Source of the DNA: a bacterium | GTDB taxonomy: Bacteria > CALINM01 | Length of the DNA stretch: 15,787 bases | Assembly (NCBI GenBank): GCA_041640455.1 | Contig: JBEQAF010000049.1 | Span: 1-15,787, forward strand | Reading direction: 5' to 3' | Shown here: positions 8,365-14,644 of the stretch, in pieces | How the letters are laid out: each line of letters opens with the position of its first letter | Position numbering within the stretch: the first letter of the stretch is position 1 | Notes under the pieces: model-generated | Told to the model about the DNA's origin: nothing | Database searches by the model: none | What the model saw: only the letters and a program-made list of their open reading frames with translations | Program-made: the position numbers and the translations under genes

Positions 8365-10994
8365 AAAATATTGAGCTTATAACTACCCATCAGAATGCTG
8401 ATTTTGATGCCATCGCCTCGCTGGTGGCAGCAAAAAAGCTCTATCCCTGCGCCCATGTGCTATTTCCAGGATCTCAGGAAAGGTCTGCAAAAGATGAGTT
8501 TGTTGTAAACATTCTCAAAAAAATCGGTGCGTTCAGGCAGAAAGACATAGATTTTGAAAGGCTTGAAAGACTTATAATGGTGGATACAAGAAATCCAAGA
8601 AGGATTGATGTGCCCGCAGAGATTTTAAAAAAAGAGTCCCTCGAAATAGTTATTTACGATCACCACCCCTATCAGGAGGGAGATGTCATAACCGACAAGC
8701 TGTTTTTCAGGGAGCTGGGCTCCACCACTACTATTTTAACCCTTCTGATTAAAGAAAAGGGGATTCAGCTGAGTCCTGAGGAAGCGACCATAATGCTTAC
8801 TGGCATATATGAGGATACGGGAAATCTTACCTATGAGTCAACTACAGAGGAAGATTATCTTGCCTGTGCCTATCTCTTGAAAAACGGAGGGGAGCTAAAA
8901 ACTGTAAGGGAGCTTTTAAATAGAGAGATATCCAGAGAGGAGATAAAAATTCTTAACGAGATGTTGAGCTCTTTAAAGATTTATTCCATCTATGGAATCG
9001 ATGTGGGGATCTCCACCATAATGTCTGAAGAGTTTATCAGAGATTTTGCCGTTATTGTTCAGAAGATAAAGGATCTTGAAAGACTGCCTGTAATTTTTGG
9101 TATAGGTAGTTTTGGAGACAGGGTAGTTATTTCTGCAAGAAGCAGGATACCGGAGGTGGATGTATCAAGGGTTATAAATAAACTGGGTGGAGGAGGACAT
9201 GCTTACGCCGCTTCAGCTGTGGTCAAGGACTTCACACCCATTCAGCTGGAAGAGATAATCCTGTCTGAGCTTAAGGAGATTATTAAAAAACCTAAGGTGG
9301 CAAGAGATATTATGTCACTGCCTGTAAAATATATTTATCCTCATAATACAATCATTGAAGCCAGAGAGATATTGACGAAATATAATATTAACATGGTGCC
9401 GGTATGCGAGGAGACTGAAGGGAAAAATAAGATAGTGGGACTCATATCAAGACAGAACGTAGAGAAGGCAGATTATCATGGTTACGGAAATTTACCTGTA
9501 AAAAATTTTATGACTACCGAATTTTATAGCGTAAGACCTGACTCGGAGATAAAAGAAATAAAGGAGCTCATATTCAGGGGCAGGCAGAGACTACTTCCAG
9601 TGGTCAACGAGTTTGAGGAGCCCATAGGTGTAATAACCAGAACAGATTTTTTGAGAATTCTTCAGGACGAAAAGATATCGGTGGAAAAAGAGGCGGAGCT
9701 TAAGGAAGAGAACTTTAGAAATTTAAGATCTGTGATGATGTCCAGTTTTAGTAAGGATCTTTTTGAAAGGCTTGTAAAGATAGGTGAGATTGCCGAAGGA
9801 CTTAATTACAATGCCTATATGATTGGTGGAATAGTAAGAGATCTTATACTAAAGAAAAAAAATCTTGATGTGGATATTGTGGTAGAGGGTGACGGGATAA
9901 GACTTGCCAATATGGTATCCAAAATTCTATCCGCTAAGGTTACGGAGCATAAAAAGTTTGGGACCGCCCATCTTATCTTTTCTGACAACAGCAAGATTGA
10001 TATTGCCACAGCAAGGATTGAATACTATCCTCAGCCTGCAAGTCTGCCTACTGTTGAGAGTGGGTCTCTTAAGCTTGATCTTTATCGCAGAGACTTTACC
10101 ATAAACACCCTGGCGGTGAAGCTTAATCCTGGAGGCTTTGGTGAGCTTATTGATTACTACGGTGGGTTAAGAGATCTTAAAGAGGGTATGATAAGGGTAT
10201 TACATAACCTGAGTTTTGTGGAAGATCCTACAAGGATACTTCGGGCAGTCAGGTTTGAAGTAAGATTTGACTTTAAAATTAGCAAGCATGCCCTTTATCT
10301 GATTAAAAATGCTGTTAAAATGAATGTTTTTGAGCTCCTTTCTGGCAATCGGCTTTTTACGGAGCTTTATCTAATACTGGAAGAAGATGTGCCTGAGAAG
10401 ATATTTGACAGACTTGAAGAGCTGGGAGTAATGGGGCATATTCACCCTAATATGATGTGGAAAAAGATTAAACCCTTATTTTTAAGAACCAAAGACATTC
10501 TTAAATGGTACGAGCTTTTATTTACAGGAATAGATATAGATAAGATAGTTGTTCTTTTCTCTGCCCTTTTTGATGGTGTTAATGAAAGCGAAATGAAAAA
10601 GCTTGTTCAGAGATTTGGTATTGTAGGATCCTTCGGGAAAAAGGTATTAGAGATTAAACACAAGGAAAAACAGGTTTTTGAGCAGATAAAAAAGATATCT
10701 GATGAAAGTGATATTTATTTTATTTTTAAAGACCTTTCCGCTGAGGCATTGATTTTTTACATGGCAAAGTTTAACGATCACAATGTAAAGCTAATGATCT
10801 CTCGATATTTCAGCGAGATGATAAAGATTAAGCCTAAAATTACGGGAGAGGATCTAATAAATCTGGGGCTTAAACCCTCTCCCATTTTTTCAAAAATATT
10901 TGAAGATATTATAAAAGGTTATATCAAAGGGGAGATAAAAAGCAGGGAGGATGAGCTGAACCTGATAAAAAAAAATTATCTGCCAGAAGGTTAG
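8361..10994 (+). CDS. Class II tRNA nucleotidyltransferase fused to N-terminal DHH/DHHA1 phosphoesterase and tandem CBS domains (probably A-adding enzyme)
   Basis: DHH motifs HQNADFDA, MVDT, YDHH and GIYEDTG; DHHA1 motifs SARS and GGGGHAYAAS; CBS pair (ARDIMS..., VGLISRQ, FMT, LPVV, IGVITRTD). Polymerase head: GGIVRD, DVDIV, KFGTA, DIATARIEYY, DLYRRDFTIN, FVEDPTRILRAVRF. ATGA overlap with the xerD stop. Confidence 0.92.
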   Translation: MKNIELITTHQNADFDAIASLVAAKKLYPCAHVLFPGSQERSAKDEFVVNILKKIGAFRQKDIDFERLERLIMVDTRNPRRIDVPAEILKKESLEIVIYDHHPYQEGDVITDKLFFRELGSTTTILTLLIKEKGIQLSPEEATIMLTGIYEDTGNLTYESTTEEDYLACAYLLKNGGELKTVRELLNREISREEIKILNEMLSSLKIYSIYGIDVGISTIMSEEFIRDFAVIVQKIKDLERLPVIFGIGSFGDRVVISARSRIPEVDVSRVINKLGGGGHAYAASAVVKDFTPIQLEEIILSELKEIIKKPKVARDIMSLPVKYIYPHNTIIEAREILTKYNINMVPVCEETEGKNKIVGLISRQNVEKADYHGYGNLPVKNFMTTEFYSVRPDSEIKEIKELIFRGRQRLLPVVNEFEEPIGVITRTDFLRILQDEKISVEKEAELKEENFRNLRSVMMSSFSKDLFERLVKIGEIAEGLNYNAYMIGGIVRDLILKKKNLDVDIVVEGDGIRLANMVSKILSAKVTEHKKFGTAHLIFSDNSKIDIATARIEYYPQPASLPTVESGSLKLDLYRRDFTINTLAVKLNPGGFGELIDYYGGLRDLKEGMIRVLHNLSFVEDPTRILRAVRFEVRFDFKISKHALYLIKNAVKMNVFELLSGNRLFTELYLILEEDVPEKIFDRLEELGVMGHIHPNMMWKKIKPLFLRTKDILKWYELLFTGIDIDKIVVLFSALFDGVNESEMKKLVQRFGIVGSFGKKVLEIKHKEKQVFEQIKKISDESDIYFIFKDLSAEALIFYMAKFNDHNVKLMISRYFSEMIKIKPKITGEDLINLGLKPSPIFSKIFEDIIKGYIKGEIKSREDELNLIKKNYLPEG

Positions 10995-10995
10995 A

Positions 10996-11024
10996 TTGAT
11001 TAATTATTTTTTATTGATTATAAT
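10996..11024 (+). promoter_or_regulatory. Putative sigma70 promoter (TTGATT-N17-TATAAT) upstream of the outer-membrane protein gene
   Basis: TTGATT at 10996-11001, a 17-nt spacer, and a perfect TATAAT at 11019-11024. A strong SD (GGAGGT, 11066-11071) precedes the ATG at 11075. Confidence 0.6.
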
Positions 11025-11074
11025 TTAGTGATAAGAAAGGGTTAAAAATTAGACAAAAATAAAAGGGAGGTACA

Positions 11075-11815
11075 ATGAAAAAATTTTTTCTTGCTTTGGT
11101 GATTTCTGTAATTATGGTCAGCAATGCCCTTGCTTTTGATGACCTTAAATTTAGCAGCGGTATGACTCAGGATCTTTTTAAGAAGTTCAGCGAAGAGTTT
11201 GGGGTAGCTTTATCCTATAAGCCCCTTTCACCAGCTGAACCATATGGAATTACAGGATTTGATATAGGCGTTGAGGTATCGGCTATAAATATCGATGAAA
11301 AATACTGGAACAATGCGGTTAAAGATTTAAATTCACCATCATATCTGCCAGTTCCTAAGATTCATGCCATTAAAGGACTTCCTTTTGGAATAGATATTGG
11401 AGTTGTATATTCTCAGGTGCCCGGCTCAAATATAAAATATTTTGGTGGGGAGCTTAAATATGCCATAGTTGAAGGCGGTGCACTACTGCCAGCCATAGCA
11501 GTTAGAGGTACTTACACCCAGCTTTCAGGCGTATCGGAGCTGGATTTCAAAACCTATGGTGCCGAAGCAACCATAAGCAAGGGTTTTGGAGTTGGTGCAA
11601 AGATTACTCCCTATGCAGGTGTAGGCATGAATTATTTCAAAAGCACCCCTAAGGGGTTTGCGGCTGATACACTGAATTTAAAGGAAGAGACCTTTTCAAA
11701 GCCCAAGGCATATGTGGGTGCAAGATTTAATATACTTCTTTTTACCCTTACAGGCGAAGTGGAGTATAACAATGTGACTCCTGTTTACTCTTTAAAAGCG
11801 GGACTGTCGTTCTAA
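11075..11815 (+). CDS. Putative outer-membrane beta-barrel protein of unknown function
   Basis: Sec signal peptide MKKFFLALVISVIMVSNALA|F with an AxA cleavage site. Alternating Gly/aromatic amphipathic strands (GFDIGVEVS, IDIGVVY, FGGELKY, IAVRGTY, YGAEATIS, ITPYAGVG, AYVGARF, TLTGEVEY) and a C-terminal BAM beta-signal YSLKAGLSF. Confidence 0.8.
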   Translation: MKKFFLALVISVIMVSNALAFDDLKFSSGMTQDLFKKFSEEFGVALSYKPLSPAEPYGITGFDIGVEVSAINIDEKYWNNAVKDLNSPSYLPVPKIHAIKGLPFGIDIGVVYSQVPGSNIKYFGGELKYAIVEGGALLPAIAVRGTYTQLSGVSELDFKTYGAEATISKGFGVGAKITPYAGVGMNYFKSTPKGFAADTLNLKEETFSKPKAYVGARFNILLFTLTGEVEYNNVTPVYSLKAGLSF

Positions 11816-11874
11816 CTTGATGTTTTTTATAATTAGAGAGCTCGAACAGCTAAGTCTTTGCAGGGAGGATAAAT

Positions 11875-13302
11875 ATGATTATTCAGTGCGATAAATGTGA
11901 GAGCAAGTTTAAGATTGATGATTCCAAGGTTACCGAAAAAGGGGTGAAAGTAAAATGTAAGAAATGCTCTAACATATTTACTGTATATCCTCCCCAACAG
12001 GAAAAAATAGAGACCCTTTTTGAGGAACCCCCAAAAAAGACAGAGGAGCAGAAAAAAGAGGAGGTATCCTTTGATCTTCCATCCTTTGAGATTAGCATTG
12101 AAGAGAAAAAGCCCACACAAACTGAAGCCGAACCTGTTAAGACAGAGAGTCAGGAGTTTTCATGGGATCAGTTTGCTTTTGACATAGAGGAGAAAAAAGA
12201 AGAACCCAAAAAAGAAGAACCAAAAGAAGCGCCTTCTGAGGAGTTTAGCTTTGATTTCCAGAGTTTTGGTACAGTAGCAGAAGAGCCAAAAAAAGAAGAA
12301 GCAAAATTGGATACGGAGTTTGATTTTGAAAAGATTAGTTTTAGCGATAAAGAAGAAGCAGAAAAGCCTGAATCAGGAAAAAGCCTCGAAGAGTTTATAA
12401 AAGAGGAACCAAAAGAGGAAGAGACCAAAATTGAGTTTGAGTTTGATCTTGGTGAAAAGAAAGAAGAGGAAAAGCCTGAGGCGTCTCAGCAAGCCAAAGA
12501 AGAGCCCTTTAGTTTTGACAGTTTTAAAACAGAAGAGAAAGAGCCTGAAAAATTTAGTTTTGAAGAGTTAAAATTTGAAGAGCCTGCTGAACAGGTAGCA
12601 GCAGAGGAGCCCAGGTCTGAGAAGATTGAGTTTGAGTTTCAGACCACCGATCTAACCAGTTTTGAGAAAAAAGAAGAGGAAAAACCGCTTTTTGAAGAAC
12701 AACAGCTAGAGTCACCGAGCTTTACCTTTTTAGAAGAGGAGAAGAAGATAAGCTTCCCTCAGGAAGAGTTTAAAAAGGAAGAAGAGCCTGCTCCCGCCTC
12801 CTTTGTGGCTGAAGAGGTTAAACCAAGATCAGGTATATTTGTGTTATTAATCTCACTGTTGATTGTGCTTCTATTTTCTGGAACGGGGATAGGATTTATC
12901 TGGTGGCAGAAGACAAAGATCATGGAGACCCAGGGGAGTCTTGGGGTAAGTGCGGTCAAAGGTGAGTTTCTTGAGAGCAAAACTCTCGGGAATGTGTTTG
13001 TTGTAAAGGGCAAGGTTATCAACGGCTACAGAGTTCAGAAAAGCTTTTTGAAGATTAAATGTGTGTTATATAGCAAAGACAATAAAAAACTTGCCGAAAA
13101 GATTGTGTTTGCGAGCAATGTATTTACCAATGACGAGATAAAAGAGCTTACCTATCCCGAGATAGAAAAGGGCTTAAACAACAAGATGGGTAAATCCATG
13201 ATGAATGTAAATGTCTCACCCGGAGCTAACATACCTTTTATGATAGTTTTTGACAAGATACCGGAAGGTGTCTCCCATTTTGAAGTTGAGGCTCTAATGT
13301 AG
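11875..13302 (+). CDS. Zinc-ribbon (MJ0042-type finger) / DUF3426-type bitopic membrane protein with long acidic low-complexity linker
   Basis: N-terminal CDKC-x19-CKKC finger (aa 5-31), about 280 aa of E/K/F/P-rich linker, a single TM helix (IFVLLISLLIVLLFSGTGIGFIWW, ~12835-12906), and a C-terminal beta-rich domain (FVVKGKVING ... VSPGANIPFMIVF). SD GGGAGG at 11863-11868. Confidence 0.85.
   Translation: MIIQCDKCESKFKIDDSKVTEKGVKVKCKKCSNIFTVYPPQQEKIETLFEEPPKKTEEQKKEEVSFDLPSFEISIEEKKPTQTEAEPVKTESQEFSWDQFAFDIEEKKEEPKKEEPKEAPSEEFSFDFQSFGTVAEEPKKEEAKLDTEFDFEKISFSDKEEAEKPESGKSLEEFIKEEPKEEETKIEFEFDLGEKKEEEKPEASQQAKEEPFSFDSFKTEEKEPEKFSFEELKFEEPAEQVAAEEPRSEKIEFEFQTTDLTSFEKKEEEKPLFEEQQLESPSFTFLEEEKKISFPQEEFKKEEEPAPASFVAEEVKPRSGIFVLLISLLIVLLFSGTGIGFIWWQKTKIMETQGSLGVSAVKGEFLESKTLGNVFVVKGKVINGYRVQKSFLKIKCVLYSKDNKKLAEKIVFASNVFTNDEIKELTYPEIEKGLNNKMGKSMMNVNVSPGANIPFMIVFDKIPEGVSHFEVEALM
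12058..12760 (+). repeat. Degenerate protein-level repeats (acidic stretch + F-x-F/W motif) in the zinc-ribbon protein linker
   Basis: About ten units: EVSFDLPSFEI, EFSWDQFAFD, EFSFDFQSF, EFDFEKISF, IEFEFD, PFSFDSF, KFSFEELKF, IEFEFQ, PSFTF, KISF. A tandem DNA duplication AAAAAAGAAGAACC starts at 12193 and at 12208. Boundaries are approximate. Confidence 0.7.
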
Positions 13303-13318
13303 GATAAAAGGATAGAAG

Positions 13319-14200
13319 ATGCATAAAACTCTTGAAAAAATATACTATGAAGTGCGGGAGCCGAGGATTAATTATGAGGACATCGGCGGGCTTTTTGATG
13401 TAAAAAAAAAGGTTGACGAGCTTATCGTATTTCCCATTATTAAAAGTAAGGAGATAGAAGCATCTGGGCTCGAGAAGCCCAAAGGTGTTCTTTTATGGGG
13501 ACCTCTCGGAGTGGGGATGACCATGCTTGCCGAAGCGGCAGCAAAAAGGGCAGAAGTGCCTTTTGTGTATGTATCTGGGCAGGAGATACTGGGGAAAAAA
13601 AATGCTCTTAAAGAGGCAATAGATGTGGCAATTGAGGAAAAGCCCTGTGTGCTTTATATTTCCGATTGCGATTGGATATGCCCCCGACCAAACTGCAACT
13701 ATGAATGGAAAAGAGGTAACCTGAGAGGGAAACCACCCACTTTTGCCGATGATGACTTCAGAACCTTTTTTATTACCGAGATAGACAGGGTACAGGAGTA
13801 TGAAGAGGTAAGGCTCGTAGGTGGCTGTTACAGGGTTGATGTGGTTGATCAGGCAATTATTAAAGAAAAAAGAAGATTTAATAGAAAAATATTTCTTCAT
13901 CCGCCGCTGCTGGAAGACAGGCTTGATATGCTTAAGATTTATCTGAAAAAGGTGAAAAATCTTGGCAAAGATGTGGATATAAAAAAATTGGCTGAAAAGA
14001 CAAAAGGCTATGTGGGCTGGGATATTGAAAGTCTTTATAAAAAGGCAACCCTATTTTCCATTATGAATGGAAAAAATACAGTGGATATGGAGTGTTTTGA
14101 GAAGGCGCTAAAAGAGATTGAACCATGGCTTACCAGCGATATGATTGATGGGTATTTTGATATTTTTAATAAAGACTGTCCTCATCACTACACATTCTGA
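13319..14200 (+). CDS. Stand-alone AAA-family protein (Cdc48/PAN/FtsH-like AAA module) with degenerate ATPase motifs
   Basis: Classic-clade AAA scaffold: P.I.YEDIGGL..VK, PKGVLLWGP, RRFNRKIFLHPP..EDR..ML, DVDIKKLAEKTKGYVGWDIESL.KKA, FEKALKEIEP. However, Walker A reads GPLGVGMT and Walker B reads VLYISD. SD AAGGA at 13308-13312. Confidence 0.88.
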   Translation: MHKTLEKIYYEVREPRINYEDIGGLFDVKKKVDELIVFPIIKSKEIEASGLEKPKGVLLWGPLGVGMTMLAEAAAKRAEVPFVYVSGQEILGKKNALKEAIDVAIEEKPCVLYISDCDWICPRPNCNYEWKRGNLRGKPPTFADDDFRTFFITEIDRVQEYEEVRLVGGCYRVDVVDQAIIKEKRRFNRKIFLHPPLLEDRLDMLKIYLKKVKNLGKDVDIKKLAEKTKGYVGWDIESLYKKATLFSIMNGKNTVDMECFEKALKEIEPWLTSDMIDGYFDIFNKDCPHHYTF

Positions 14201-14640
14201 TGAAGAATAAATCTCTTAAGCTTGTTTACTGGTTTCATGGGCACAGCTGCCCAATGTCAACACTCGGGTTCAGGGCAGGTGCTCTGGCAAAAAAGTTGCT
14301 TAAAATTAAAAGAACCCAGTATTTCAAAACAAATGTTAAGGTCTACTTCAGGAGCTGCGCTATAGATGGCATTCAGATAAGCTATCCAGCGACGATGGCA
14401 AATAATAATATTTTTATAGATGACAAAAACAGTTTCGTATTTGAATTTAATGACACAGAGAATAAAAGAATGATAAGGATAAGTTACAGCAAAGCCCTCC
14501 TGAATATTATGACTGAGTTTGCAGAGATAAAAAAGTCAGGGAATAAATCAAAAATTGATAAATATTTCAAAAGGTTCATAAAATTTGCCCAGACAGCTCC
14601 AACAGACCTACTTTTTAACGTGGAAGATATAAAAATTTAA
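14200..14640 (+). CDS. FmdE-family (FwdE-like) small metal-binding protein
   Basis: Signature FHGHSCPMSTLGFRAG and SCAIDGIQ, with C-terminal P..LLF.V. Overlaps the AAA stop by 1 nt (TGATG). Confidence 0.82.
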   Translation: MKNKSLKLVYWFHGHSCPMSTLGFRAGALAKKLLKIKRTQYFKTNVKVYFRSCAIDGIQISYPATMANNNIFIDDKNSFVFEFNDTENKRMIRISYSKALLNIMTEFAEIKKSGNKSKIDKYFKRFIKFAQTAPTDLLFNVEDIKI

Positions 14641-14644
14641 CCCT

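Noticed and set aside
10995..11035. Fur or FNR box at the OMP promoter
   Set aside because: Only half-site resemblance (TTGAT, TGATTAT) without the matching inverted half, in very AT-rich DNA.
11817..11833. Internal sigma70 promoter before the zinc-ribbon gene (TATAAT at 11828-11833)
   Set aside because: TTGATG is only 5 nt upstream, and there is no convincing -35 at 16-18 nt spacing or extended -10 TG. It cannot be supported from sequence alone.
12058..12760. Repetitive DNA in the zinc-ribbon gene as a CRISPR array or mobile repeat
   Set aside because: The repeats are degenerate, in-frame and explained by Glu/Lys/Phe codons. There is no constant repeat-spacer structure.
84..13900. Short minus-strand and alternate-frame ORFs in the track (e.g. 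84-299, 753-968, 1188-1469, 2990-3256, 4695-5078, 7432-7824, 9904-10104, 11833-12120, 12168-12428, 13493-13900)
   Set aside because: All lie wholly or almost wholly over well-supported genes, show the S/F/L/I-rich composition expected of antisense shadows, and have no recognisable motifs.
13319..14200. Calling the AAA gene ftsH, pan or cdc48, or a pseudogene
   Set aside because: It lacks the TM/protease, coiled-coil/OB and N/second-AAA domains of those proteins. The ORF is uninterrupted, has an SD and is coupled to the next gene, so there is no direct sign of pseudogenisation.
14198..14203. Tandem TGA TGA after CPHHYTF as selenocysteine read-through
   Set aside because: It is fully explained by the common TGATG stop/start overlap with the FmdE gene. 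No SECIS-like hairpin is evident downstream, and the read-through peptide looks non-coding.
14200..14640. FmdE as evidence of methanogenesis or a formylmethanofuran dehydrogenase operon
   Set aside because: No catalytic fmd/fwd subunits are nearby, and FmdE-family proteins are widespread in non-methanogenic bacteria.
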